In this document: piece after piece, positions 24,301-36,300 of the stretch | How positions within the stretch are numbered: position 1 is the stretch's first letter | Layout: the number at the start of each line of letters is the position of its first letter | Assembly (NCBI GenBank): GCA_964035545.1 | Contig: OZ037767.1 | Location: 14,574,998 to 14,638,997 of the forward strand | Direction: 5' to 3' | From: Bugula neritina | Taxonomy: Eukaryota > Animalia > Bryozoa | Length of the DNA: 64,000 bases | Notes under the pieces: generated by a model | Told to the model about the DNA's origin: nothing | Seen by the model: the letters and a program-made list of their open reading frames with translations, nothing else | The model's database searches: none | Made by a program: the position numbers and the translations under genes

Positions 24301-27300
24301 ATATTTTACAAATCCTCTCTTAAAACAGGTGTGTTTGCAATGATGAGTATTGGTTTGTAAGCACTAATATGCCTGTATCTTGCAACTAACTGTTGGTATT
24401 TATCACCGTTCAGGTTCTGGAAACGTGTGACAATGGTAAGCAAATGATAGAGGAAGAATATCCTCAGGCAGAGAGCTTCCAGGACAAGATTGACCAGTTG
24501 ATGGCCGAGTGGGATGACCTGAAGGTGAACAGTTGTTAGTCATAGAGTGAATAGTCATGGAGTGATTAGTCATGGAGTTATTAGTCATAGAGTGAATAGT
24601 TATAGAGTGAATAGTATACTGTAGACTGAGTTACTGTGTAGAGGTATTCACGTGAATTACTTCATGTTTTTGATGCGACGTTTCAGGGAGCTGTAGATGA
24701 CAGGAAACAGCGTCTAGACGACAGCGAGGTCGTCCAGCAGTATCTCTTTGACGCTGCCGAAGCAGAAGCCTTCCTGGGAGAACAGGAGTTGTTCCTCATG
24801 TCAGACGAGAGGGCAAAGGTCAGTTGGTCTAGCTGTGTTTGTTATTCTAGCTGCTGCCGTTGTTGTTGTCATGGCAACTGTTTACAAGCTGTTGGTGTGT
24901 TGCAGGACGAGATCGGTGCAGCCAATCAGCTGAAGAAACACAATGCATTGGAGAAGACGATAGATAATTACGCCTCCACAGTACGAGAGCTGAGCGACAG
25001 AGCGACCCAGCTGGTAGAGGCGGACAGCCCCGAGAGCGACAACATTGTGAGGAGACAGGCCCAGGTACGGCAGCACCCCTCTTCTCTCCGCGCTGACTTT
25101 GACGCTTAGTATTAGTCACATGACCGAATTGCTTTAACGCTGCGTGATCTCTACTCTGCAGGTAGACAAGCTGTACGCCGGGCTGAAGGACTTGACCAAT
25201 GAGAGGAGGAATAAACTGGAAGAGACTCTGAAACTCTACATGCTGAACAGAGAGGTCGTTGACCTTGAGCAGTGGATAGCAGAGAGGGAGGTGGTGGCCG
25301 GCAGCCACGAACTCGGACAAGATTTCGAACACGTAACTGTGAGTATTAGTATATAGTATAGTAACTGTTAGTATATAGTATAATAACTGTTGGTATCAGT
25401 ATATAGTATAGTAACTGTGAGTATTATTATATAGTATAGTAACTGTGAGTATATAGTATAATAACTGTTAGTATTAGTATATAGTATAGTAACTGTGAGT
25501 ATATAGTATAATAACTGTTAGTATTAGTATATAGTATAGTAACTGTGAGTATATAGTATAATAACTGTTAGTATTATTGTATAGTATAGTCACTGTTGGT
25601 ATTAGTGTATAGTGTGTAATCTGTGTGCTGCTTCTAGATGTTACAAGACAGATTCAAAGATTTCGCTAAGGACACGAAGGCAGTAGGTGAAGAGCGAGTA
25701 GCCCGAGTGAATGAGATCTGTGATCAGCTGATAGACGGGGGACACGGCGAGGCCGCCACCATAGCCCAGTGGAAGGTGTGTAGACACAAGGCTATCGAAC
25801 TGCTGGCTGATTAGTATTTGTTATGGAGTTATCTGTCCAGTTTTATGTAACGGCCTATTTGACTTCTACACCAGATTTCCTGTTGTTTAGGATGGACTGA
25901 ACGACGCCTGGGCAGATCTGCTAGAGCTCATTGACACACGAACACAACATCTGAACGCCAGCTGGAAGCTACACAAGTTCTTCTACGACTGCAAGGAAAC
26001 TCTGGACAGGATATTGGTAAGTCTCTTCTACTTACATCACTTTGTGTCTGAGTGTGTGTATTGTGGTGTGTGTACTGTGGTGTGTGTACTGTGGTGTGTG
26101 TACTGTGGTGTGTGTTCTGTAGTGTGTTCTGAGAGCTAGTAAGACTCTAGGGCTGAGCTGACGTAATTTTATTCCTCTTACAGGAGAAACAGAACAGTAT
26201 CCCCGAGGAGCTGGGTAGAGACATCAACAGCGTCGAAGCCCTACAGAGAAAACACGAGACATTTGAGAATGACCTGATAAACATCGGCGAGCAAGTTCAC
26301 AAGGTGCAGGAAGAAGCCGCCACCCTCATGGCCTCGTACGCCGGCGACAAGCAGGCCGACATACGAGATCGAGAACAGGAAGTAGTAGACGCCTGGAAGA
26401 ATCTCCAGTCGGCTGTTGATTCGAGGAAAAATAATTTGTTGGATGCGTTAGACTTGTACAGATTCCTGGCGATGGTGCTGGACCTGACCATGTGGATGGA
26501 CGACATCCTGCTGCAGATGAAGACTCAGGACAAACCCCGGTATGTCTGTTAGTCAGCGTCTAGCAGACGTGTGTTTTCTGTTATTGAACTACTTTTATTA
26601 TTTCTGTCACTTGGTCGTTTTCATAAATTATAAACCCTACCACTATTTCCTGTCTCTGACAGTACCTTGTACACCGAGTGTTGTGATGTGACACTGACAT
26701 GTCACATCACAGTATCTCTCACTATGTAGTCACAGTATCTCTCACTATGTAGTCACAGTATCTCTCACTCTGTAGTCACAGTATCTCTCACTCTGTAGTC
26801 ACAGTATCTCTCACTCTGTAGTCACAGTATCTCTCACTATGTAGTCACAGTATCTCTCACTCTGTAGTCACATCACTCTATTGAAATGCCTGGTTCTCTG
26901 TTTGTAGAGATGTTTCTGGAGTAGAGCTCCTAATGAACAACCACCAAAGTTTGAGGGCCGAAATAGACGCCCGCGATGAGAACTTCACCATCTGTATTAA
27001 CTTGGGCAAGGATATTCTAGCCCGAGGTCATTACAGATCGAATGAAGTGCGGGCTAAGTTAATGGAACTCCAAAGCAAGAGAGGAGATATGATGCAGCAG
27101 TGGGACGACAAGTGGGACTATCTAAATATAAGTAAGTGTATTCTACAGGGTTTGTGCCAGTCTCTGTGCCTCTCCTTTCTTACTATATCATACAACGGTC
27201 CCTACTCTATATCATACAATGATCCCTTCTCTATATCATACAATGATCCCTACTCTATATCATACAATGATCCCTACTCTATATCATACAATGATCCCTT

Positions 27301-30300
27301 CTCTATATCATACAACGATCCCTTCTCTATATCATACAATGATCCCTACTCTATATCATACAATGATCCCTACTCTATATCATACTGTAATATTTCAGTT
27401 CTGGAGGTCTACCAGTTTGCCAGAGACTCAGATGCTGCGGAGGCGTGGCTGTTGGCGCAGGATTCGTACCTCAGCAACCAGGACCTAGGAGAAAACCTGG
27501 ACGCTGTCGAGAACCTGATAAAGAAACACGAAGCTTTCGAGAAGGCAGCATTAGCCCAGGAGGATCGGTTCATGGCCCTGAAGAGACTGACTACGGTAAG
27601 CTAGCGGCTCCTCTGTCCCAGATCTCTGTAAGTGTGATAGAACTCTCCTATTCTCAGCTCCTCTGTTTTAGTAATCGGTTTCTGTGTTTTCATTGATTGG
27701 GTGTTGCTGCAGAGGTGATGCAGTTATCTGTATTTCTTATCAAATTGTGTTGTTTGTGGAACTCAGCTGGAGAAGCGGGAGCTGCAGAAGGAGTCGGATG
27801 AGCCGGCCACTGCGGCTGTCGCTCACTCTCGAGCTCCGCCCATCATGACTCACAACGAGCCGTACAGTCGCTCCAGTCAGGGCAGCTTCTCGGTGGATAG
27901 CGAGACGTCTAGACGTCTCAGCTCCTCGTCTGAAAGCGAGGCTGAGTACGTCGTCTCCAAGCGGCACAGCCACGACGTGGAGGTGGTGCAGGCCCCCACT
28001 TCCGATGACGGGTGTATGGAGATTACCATCGCCGTCCCTACCTCTGTAAGGGCTGTGGTATGACCACCAGCTAGAGCCGCTTCATGCCTATAATTTGTCA
28101 CTCGCCGCAATCCTAACGGGTTTGAGTGGAAGTTGGTTCACTGTTTGAGATTTTATCTGAGCACCGCTGTGATTGGCTAACACTAACTTCACTGAAGCCG
28201 GGGGTTTTTTAGTCGGCTTGTCCACCAATCATTTAAACGCAGAGTGATTTATTTCTCTTATAATGCTTCTCAACTGCTCTCACACATTAATTGTATAGAC
28301 GTGTTGATTTCACACCTCAGTTAATGGCCAGTTTCTAATGAGTCATAGCTGATGTGGCTGCTGCAGAAGGGCTGAGTCTCCTGCAGCAGCCACTATCAAC
28401 CACGCTGACTTCAGACTCTGCAACCATTATATCTGCATATCGTGTGGATTATTCTATTGTATTTGAAATTGTCCTCTCCACGTTGAAGCTATTGTTTGTT
28501 TCAGTTGGAACTTCGAGAGAAGCAGAAGGAGGTTGGTTCACTGGAAGCCAAACCCTCTGTGAGAGACCAGTATATCGAGGACTTCTCCCCTCCCCAGGAG
28601 GATATGTAAGTCTATCCACCCTATCTAGATTACTGGCTGTAGCTGAGAGCTGAGGCTATCCTTACTCTTAGACTATAGAATACTGTTGGTGCAGGTATAT
28701 TGTGTCAAGGTCAAAGTTTGTATATATTCTACAGTCCAGATCCTCAGCCCGCTGAAGAAGTGGCAGAAGAACAGACAGAACCGACTGTCGTGGAAGAAGT
28801 GCAACACGAGCCGGCAATTTCCACACAGGAAGTGCCCCCATCTCCTGCAGCTGTCCAATCAGGTTTGTCTTGAGACAAGAAAGGCTTTATGGGAATGTTA
28901 ACTGTCTCACAGTGCTCACGGCATGCTTGTTTAACCTTCTTCACCGGTTGGTGAAGGTCGTGTCAGCTTTGGTTTATCCCACTTTAAATAACCATCTAAT
29001 GAAATCATCCCTCTTTTGGTTTGATGTCCTGTTCTAAGCTCGTCATGTTTTAAACCAATGGGTGGCTTTCGGTTTGTTACCCGCTTTCTTATTGGTGTGT
29101 GCTTTAGAACCAGGTGAAACGAGCCAATCAGCTCCCCCGACACATGACCAGCCTGACACCGCTCTGGAAACATCTAACCTAAGTTCTATGGGTGCTGCTG
29201 TGACTCCACAGTCACCCCCCTCACCCAAGAGTAAGAACTGCCTCTAACCATTGCTCTTTCAACTCTTGTTATACTTTGGTGACTCGCTCACGTGGTTATG
29301 ATATGTGTTGCATTTCCCTGCATTTGTTTTTCATCCAACTTCAGACTAAATACAAATATTTCTTACAAAATTACGTAGTTGTGTGCTCTTCTTATGGATG
29401 TGGTGCAGTTAAACACTCTTCAACACTCTATAATGTGCTGCTAGGCTGTGTTATTGCAGTATCAGTTCCTATTCTCACTCAAATTCAAAGTTTTGCCCAC
29501 GTTTCACAGACTGTTCAACTCTACATAGCCTGTGATCTCCACTTTATTTCAGGTACAAAGGAGGGTCAAAACACGAGGCTGGAGGGTCCCATCCAGAGAA
29601 AGCACGAGTGGGAGAACACCGCAACCAAAGCTAGTCACAGGACGTGGGATAAACTCTACGCCATTCTTCACGAACACAGCGTGTCGTTCTACAAGGACCA
29701 GAAACACGCCAAGTCTGTGAGTATTGCTGGTCGTAAGCTCTACAGGGGTGCGTTGTCCCTTGACTTGAAGCCTACAGGGGTGTGTCGTCCCTCTGGCTGG
29801 TTTTAACGTAGCTGACTATCACTGTCTGCTCTCACTAGCTGCATTCTACTGATTGTCACGTGACAGTTTGAGTTACAAACTTGCCGATGTTTTAGGATCC
29901 CCAGAGTCTAGTGCGAGGTGAGAAACCAATTGTCCTCGATGGGGCGGTGTGTGAAGTGCCCAGAGACTACAGTAAACGACCGCATGTGTTCAGGCTAAAT
30001 TTACCAAATGGCGGGCAGTATCTACTTCAGTGTAAATCAGATGTAAGTTCACCAGTAGAGTACTAGTGTTAGAGTATGTAAGTTCACCAGTAGAGTACTA
30101 GTGTTAGAGTATGTAAGTTCACCAGTAGAGTACTAGTGTTAGAATATGTAAGTTGGAGCAACGTCTGAGGTGGTGCATGACATCAGTGTTTGCAATGAAA
30201 GCTCTGCGGGCGTTGCTGAGGAATTTGATAGGAGTATCTTATGTCATGCTACCTTTTCAACAGTTTACTTACAATTCACAATGACTACTGTAAATTCTTT

Positions 30301-30572
30301 TCTATCAAGTTGTGTAGCTTTTTGTGAACTTAGTTTGGCCGAACAATTGAAATTCAATTCTAAAGTAACTGGTACTGTTATGGCTGGTTCACATCTCTTG
30401 CTGTCGTGTACAGGATGAGATGCAGGCCTGGCTGAGGGAAATCCAGGATATAACGGGCTCCGGGGCAGTGGAATCCGCCGCCAGCCGTGCTCAGACTATG
30501 CCCGCTAAGTCATCGTCAAAGAAAGACGACTCCGCCAAGAAGAAAGGAAAATTTACTCTCAAGAAAAAGTAA
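2996..30572 (+). CDS. SPTBN1: Beta-spectrin (conventional beta-G/beta-II type), complete spliced CDS, 41 coding exons
   Basis: Exons joined by GT-AG with consistent phase: 2996-3155, 4449-4600, 7403-7576, 10214-10389, 10783-10898, 11164-11276, 11834-12021, 12507-12689, 12842-12935, 13023-13186, 13555-13882, 14063-14227, 14485-14662, 14798-15009, 15274-15516, 15624-15732, 16746-16936, 17032-17160, 18066-18182, 18388-18618, 19227-19439, 21188-21328, 21656-21831, 22444-22582, 22988-23206, 23558-23905, 24414-24524, 24687-24818, 24906-25064, 25162-25338, 25638-25775, 25891-26016, 26184-26539, 26908-27131, 27399-27595, 28505-28605, 28735-28862, 29108-29230, 29553-29716, 29896-30042, 30414-30572. 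Diagnostic motifs: [27 protein letters not shown] (CH1), [26 protein letters not shown]...[14 protein letters not shown] (CH2), 17 spectrin repeats incl. SYAG in repeat 15, PH domain RKHEWE..KASHRTW, C-terminus RAQTMP...FTLKKK*. Confidence 0.97.
3310..3385. repeat. (TA)n microsatellite within a degenerate GGTCAGCAYTGTGTATATA array (about 3155-3433)
   Basis: Direct reading. Confidence 0.95.
4957..5348. repeat. 9-bp minisatellite (CTACTACAB)n
   Basis: Direct reading; explains the spurious Tyr-, Leu/His- and Val-rich ORFs at 4825-5406. Confidence 0.95.
7040..7250. mobile_element. MITE of Tc1/mariner (pogo/Tigger-like CAGT termini) type, 211 bp
   Basis: Left end CAGTGCCCTCTTCATATCTCA; reverse complement of right end CAGTGCTCCCTCCGTATCTCA; flanked by TA on both sides (7038-7039, 7251-7252); no coding capacity. 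Confidence 0.75.
8075..8210. repeat. (TGTC)n/(TG)n compound microsatellite
   Basis: Direct reading. Confidence 0.9.
12037..12470. repeat. 34-bp intronic minisatellite, about 13 copies (AGTACGTCTGCAACTGGTCATGTGATCAGTCTCT)
   Basis: Near-identical copies fill most of intron 12022-12506. Confidence 0.95.
16127..16590. repeat. About 33-bp intronic minisatellite (TAGCAGACGTATAGCAGTATGACACATGTACTAT)
   Basis: Direct reading. Confidence 0.95.
17263..17334 (+). CDS. Candidate alternative beta-spectrin exon in repeat 7 ([23 protein letters not shown]): terminal exon, or 66-nt cassette
   Basis: Branch-like CTGAC plus TACTTATTTAG acceptor; phase 0 matches the upstream exon; first 11 aa resemble the canonical next exon ([11 protein letters not shown]); TAA at 17332-17334 or donor GGG|GTATAA; AATAAA at 17692. 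Confidence 0.5.
   Translation: MNRMQEEADSMCDTAPTSTTDGV
19689..19709 (+). CDS. Candidate 21-nt in-frame microexon (STRDDGQ) in beta-spectrin repeat 9
   Basis: TCTGTTTATGTTTAG|AGTACAAGAGATGATGGACAG|GTAATA; phase 0-0, purine-rich, lands in a helix A-B loop. Confidence 0.55.
19945..20235. repeat. 22-bp intronic minisatellite (ACTAGTKACTGTAGTACTGAGT)
   Basis: Direct reading. Confidence 0.95.
23930..24160. repeat. 21-bp intronic minisatellite (TAGTACTRCTCTACTTACTCA)
   Basis: Direct reading; gives the THSTALL read-through in ORF 23636-24241. Confidence 0.9.
25333..25610. repeat. Tandem array that includes the exon end and donor GTAACT|GTGAGT
   Basis: True donor at 25339; exact copies of GTAACTGTGAGT at 25411, 25439, 25489, 25539. 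Confidence 0.9.
26705..26880. repeat. 23-bp intronic minisatellite (CACAGTATCTCTCACTMTGTAGT)
   Basis: Direct reading. Confidence 0.9.
27183..27385. repeat. 24-bp intronic minisatellite (CTATATCATACAATGATCCCTWCT)
   Basis: Direct reading; encodes SISYNDPY in the read-through frame. Confidence 0.9.
27767..28063 (+). CDS. Alternative terminal exon of beta-spectrin giving a short, PH-less, Ser-rich C-terminus (98 aa)
   Basis: Acceptor ACTCAG|CTG in phase 0 after repeat-17 exon (ends 27595); open frame [14 protein letters not shown]...[14 protein letters not shown]...VRAVV*; exon-like GC content; starts like the canonical exon (LELREKQKE). Confidence 0.75.
   Translation: MEKRELQKESDEPATAAVAHSRAPPIMTHNEPYSRSSQGSFSVDSETSRRLSSSSESEAEYVVSKRHSHDVEVVQAPTSDDGCMEITIAVPTSVRAVV
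30041..30154 (+). repeat. 35-bp tandem repeat beginning at the last beta-spectrin donor (AT|GTAAGT x4)
   Basis: GTAAGT at 30043, 30078, 30113, 30148. Confidence 0.95.
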
Positions 30573-30854
30573 ATATCCGTCTGCATGTGTCCCTACTGCT
30601 CTTCCCTTGTCTGCTGAAGTCTCTCTAACTGACTGCCTTGTCGCAGTGTATTCTGGGTGTTTACTCAGCATTGTGGGCATCTATTGACATTTTAAACCTA
30701 TGCTACAGTGTAAATAGCCACGGATAAAATACTGTTTTATATTATACTGTCTTTTTGCTTGCTTAGTGCATGCTGATTAGTTGGTGTGTGACTTCCCTAA
30801 ACATTAATATATAATAAAAATGAGTATGTTTATTATACTAACCACTGGAGCTTT

Positions 30855-31100
30855 ATGTGTGGTCAACCCTTCAGTTATTCTATCCTTTGTGTGTGGCCAA
30901 CCCTTCAGTTATTCTATCTTATGCTTTGTGTGTGTCCAACCCTTCAGTTATCCTATCTTATGCTTTGTGTGTGTCCAACCCTTCAGTTATCCTATCCTTT
31001 ATGTGTGGCCAACCCTTCAGTTATTCTCTGCTTTGCTTTGTGTGTGGCCAACCCTTCAGTTATTCTATCCTATGTGTGTGGTCAACCCTTATTCTATCCT
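30855..31100. repeat. Minisatellite (TGTGTGGCCAACCCTTCAGTTATTCTATCCT-like) in the probable beta-spectrin 3' UTR
   Basis: About 7 degenerate copies starting about 280 bp after the stop codon. Confidence 0.85.
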
Positions 31101-32650
31101 TTAACCATTCTGTCAGCCATGTTTTCTCTAAATACTGGATATGTAACTGCATGAGTTTGGATATTATTTTTTTCAATTATAATTTTTTCTTTTTTTTTAA
31201 TTTACCAGCATTTCACTCCTGTGTAGATTTCTGCTGTTGTATGCCTCTGCACTTGTAGCCATTATGTAGTTAGTAGCTTTACTTGTGGAGCATTTAGTTG
31301 TCTGTCTGTCTGTCATCTCATTGACGCATGTTTTGTAGCTATCCAGCCAATGAGCAAGGCGACTATGTGTAGAAATAATCCAGTAAGAAACAGTGTGTGC
31401 TCTCTTAGCGTATAATTAGAGTTGTGTGCCCTTTCTATTTTAGAGTATTGATAAACTTTGACAGTGTGATCACTTTATTCTGGACAGCTGCACTTTAATA
31501 TATGCTTTCTTCTCCGTAGACTGTGTTCTATGCATTCCTCACCACAGCTTCCTAAACTTTGTGTGATTTTTAAAACCTGAGCCTATGTTTCCCCGCTTCT
31601 CCATGCTGCCTTTGTTATTTTGTCGTTTGCTCAAGACAGCTGAAGGTTGATTGTTGAATTTATTGTTCCAGAACTGAGACAGCGTTCTAAGGCATGTGTA
31701 CCAACAGCATGTGGAATGTATAAGGAGTTACCCACTCCTGTTATTACCCAGCATGCATCTAGTAACCACCCTCAGTCTGGCTGCTCCTTTGCCCGCATTC
31801 GGCTACACCTCTGCCATTTTTACTCTATTGTATTCCGACTTGCCTTATAGTCCCGTGTAATCTTACAGTTGAGAGATTTCTGGTTGCCACGACAACGGAC
31901 AGACTATCTGATTGGTCCGGTAGACCACACACGTTGCCCAGTGAAACATTTGATAGCCTAGATTACAATAATGTTCATATATTATTATATTACATACATG
32001 ACTGTCTAGTAGTACATATGTTATATTGGTATGTTACTACCTAAAGCTCGCCTACACCATATTCTATGTATCGCTATTTCATATTATTGTTCATCTGTTG
32101 ATATTTTATAATCTAATTTTATGTCATGTGAGTATGTTTTCCTGTCCGACCTTCAAACAGTTCATGTGTATTGTAGTCCTTTAGGGGGCTCAATTAGCGC
32201 CCCGCAATGATGTGATTTAATAAGATAGCTGTAGTCAACTCATAGGTCTCGTAGAGTAATTCTGAAAAAAGCTTTTACTTGCTGCATTTTTGTCTTTTAA
32301 GTTAATTATTGTTATAATATTCATTAGCATATGCTGTCACTGATTGAGTTAACAAGTAGGCAGCGTGATGTAGGGGCTCACAACTTCACTAGTGGTTGGA
32401 ATATATTATAAGCTTTTCAATTGCAGATGATTTCCTGTAAATGTAGAGTATATATACATTATCTTAGTACGACTCATCTATAGCATAGCACCTGCCTTTG
32501 CCCTTTTGACTTTTCTTAATTCTATTAATTTTTTGTAAAATTGACTAGATGGTTTCTTGTCAATAGCATATTTTTAATGTTTCTTTAAATTATAGTGGAA
32601 CTTTGCATTTAATTCTATTATAGTCATCCATGATTATTATATAATTATAC

Positions 32651-32656
32651 AATAAA
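32651..32656 (+). terminator. Candidate polyadenylation signal of beta-spectrin
   Basis: AATAAA followed by a T/GT-rich tract, between the convergent spectrin and GMC genes. Confidence 0.35.
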
Positions 32657-33319
32657 TGTGCTTTTGTTGAAAAACATAACCATACACAATGTAGCATTTT
32701 TGTAGCATCTTTCACTATTGAAATAGTATGTACCCAGTCTCAGTAATCTATAAGTAAAGAAACCAACCAATGTCTATCTTTGGGTATATATACCCAATAT
32801 AATCTCCAATACATAGGAAATTATATTGGAATTGTTTTTTAATAATTGAAACAGATTGTATGTAAAACAAAATATTATATAAATACCATAGCTAAAGTTT
32901 TGGACGGACAGCTGAGTATTAAAAAATATTTCTTAGTAATGCAATAAAGATAAATTCTTTGAATTTTAGTTAGTTGGCCTCAAGTTTGAAGTTATGTCCC
33001 AATTCCAAACTTGGGAACCTCAAACTAACATCATCCTTCACCCCCAACTTGGTGCTGCTTATAGAACAGTTCAAACTCTGCATTGTCTACTGAGTTCATA
33101 CAGGTGGGAGGAAGGAATACAATGCACATGTAGGAGTTATGTTCCCTATTAGTTCAGCCATTAATGATGAAAAAAAAAATTATATACAAAAAAGAAATGA
33201 GTGCATTAGTTTTAGCTGCCTACTAGCATTTACAATCAACAGCTAACTTCAAGAATAAAAAGTACAAAATCTCAGAATAGATGGCACCACAAAACAAGGG
33301 CTTTTGGCATCGCCTTCTA

Positions 33320-36300
33320 TCAACTGTCAGCAAGGATGAAATGTGCTGCTCTCTCCGCTATCATCATGGTAGGAGCCTGCGTGTTGGCAGACGTTATGGA
33401 AGGCATGACAGACGCATCTGCAACTCTCAGTGACTTGACGCCGTACACCCTGAAAGTAAAACCTACTTGGTGCATACTGGTACATGAAAGTATAAAATAA
33501 AAGTTACAGGAATGATAAGATGAACTCAAAACACTCTCTTAGTGCAGCCTGATTTCTATAATGCAGCTAGTGGCCTAAAGTTTGCATGAAAACGTTTGTT
33601 TCGATTAACATTCTGTTTACAAATTTTTAACTTATCACTTTACTCGGTGCTGTGCATATACCTTAGCTGGGGATCCACAACAGCCAGCGGATTTGTTCCC
33701 ATAGCACAGGTTCCTACTGCATGAAATGTAGTGGCGGAGCGGTAGGTCATGTAACACTCCAAATGTTCATTCGAGTACGGTGAATACTGGCTACAGAATC
33801 TCAGTCTATCAGGATTCTTCACATCCAGAATGTAAGCTCCAGCAGAACTGAGTGACTTCGTCCACACCATCGAGTGCACAAAGTTCAGCCCTCTTTTCAT
33901 GACTGACCTATCATGCGGGTGTGAGAGCAACGCCCCGTCTATTTTGGGCCTGTCTAGCGGATCGTTGCTAGAAAGACTTACAATTCCTCTACTCTGAGGT
34001 TTGACCACCGAGACAAGCAGTGATGCGCCGCTCGACCTCTTTGAGTTGTCATAGTAATTAGATATCTGTGAATATATAGTCGTGTCATCATCAGGTTACA
34101 CACATGCTGTGCAGTCATTCTATTATCGTCAGATTCTAAGTATATATTTCACAAGACAGTATTACATACACTACTGTATATGCAAGTAGCTTGGTTAGTT
34201 GTTAAGTAATGCGTGACAAAGGTAAGAAATGTCTTTACCATGAATGGGTTGACATTGAGAAAGTTAAACACTCTGCTCATGAGCCCAAACGGGTTAACTC
34301 CGCCCATTGGTGTGGCAGCATACATTATCTGTACATCTGGGACACCATCGCCAGTTCTAGAGCTGTTGGCTAGAGCTGTGTCAGCTTGTTTTGCCGTGGT
34401 TCTAAGAAATGTCATGACAGTGAAGGGGTTTTCTGCCAGCACCCCTACAATGTGATTGGGAAACACAGTTATAAACTGTATGCAGACGATATCACTATTG
34501 TTATGTTCCATTCATTTCCAGTTAATATAAACAACTTTAAACACTATAATTTCTATCAACAACTGAAAGATGACTATGAGATGCAGTTTATAACCTAATC
34601 TTTTTTAATTTATTATGTGGTTTAATTAAGCAATTTAGTGTTTACATTTACATACTAAAATGCTCATTGCGTAAAGTAAACAACTTATTACAGGATATAC
34701 ATGCAAATGTGTTATTTCCTTACTATGAAATATCAGTGTCCCTTTTCTAACATACTTGAGAGTTCCTGTATCAAGTAAAGATTACCTCTACCATGTAGTA
34801 TATACTCTAACTTACCTCTACCATATAGTATATACTATAACTTACCTTTACCACGTAGTATATACTCCAATATGTTTGACAAAGAGAAATCAAAAGGAGA
34901 AAAACTCAGCCCAGGTTTGTCCTCCACAAAAATATCCTCCGAAACGGCTGCATGATCTTGTAAGTTTTTTCCAACACCATTGAGCTCTACCAACGTCTTT
35001 ATCTGTATAATATAGAATAGCTAACAAAGATCTCTGTAGACGCCATCGCTTGTGTCTGTAGATATATGATTCGCTAATCTTGACAAACATTTTCGTGTGA
35101 TACACAAACAGCTAACAGAGCCCTCTACATGTAACTAACAAGATATTCCACAACTGACCAAATATTAACATTTTTTTCGCTAACTTTTAGCAAAGTTTTT
35201 AGATTGAAGGAAAGGATTTAGAAACTTTTGTGAAGTCTGCTTTATTTATGCCCTATGAGTTGTCTTTCCATAAATATAATTTTTTTTTTCAAATGAATTT
35301 GACAAATTCACTGGCTTCCACCACTTTTAAGCGCCATGGCTTCAATTTCCATGCACGAGCAGACAACACCTGGCAGTTCTTGCGACTTACTTTTTGTAAG
35401 TTTAAGATTATATTATTCAATTTTAATTCTATAAGATTCAACAGTAATTTTTTCTATATACCTGGTGCTCTTCTAAATGCTGCTTAGGTCCTATACCAGA
35501 AAGTAGAAGCAAATGTGGAGAGTTTATAGCACCCGCTGTTAAGATAACTTCTTTAGTAGATCTCACTCTATGCAAATTGCCATTCTTTAGAAAATTTACT
35601 CCAACTGCTGTTTTATTTTCAATGACAATCTGAAATGTTATGACATAAAGGTGTGTTAATCAGTTAGTCTAGTAATATAACTATTGTGTTGTAGACCTGT
35701 ATTAAAAGTTGTCTTTCCTTGATTGTTTTGAGTAATTTCTTAACCAGTTGGAAGTAGAAGCTACAAAGTGTACAGCTTTACAGAAAGCTCTGTAGAAAGC
35801 TTAAAGTGACTTGAGTTAAATCTTGACTTTGGTAAGTACAGATATGCTTGGAAGTTTTTCATTGATTTATTGATAATTTACCTAATTTAACACGATATGC
35901 ATATGCATTTGAATATAACACTATTGTTATACTAATAACTAATCATATATTATATGCTAGACCTCTATCAAAGTTGAGTTAATTGTGTTAATTTAGAGAA
36001 AACTTTAGCAACACATTTCAATGTTAACATTTATACCATTTAGGTGCAGTAGTAGAGGAATTCTATTAGCCAAAGCTCGTTGATTTTTTAAGTTGGTTTT
36101 TGTTTGGGGTGCTGGTTAAAATCTTTAAAACTCAGGCTTTTCCCAATCTCTCCATTCTCTTATCTACGTAATGGCCTACTAACACAATCATGACAAGGCA
36201 GTTGTGACATAACATTCATACCTTTGTCACCAGAGATTCAGTTAGTATATGCAAGTTAGCTCTATCTCTAGCTGCTTTAAGGTAAGCAGTTGAGGCGCTA

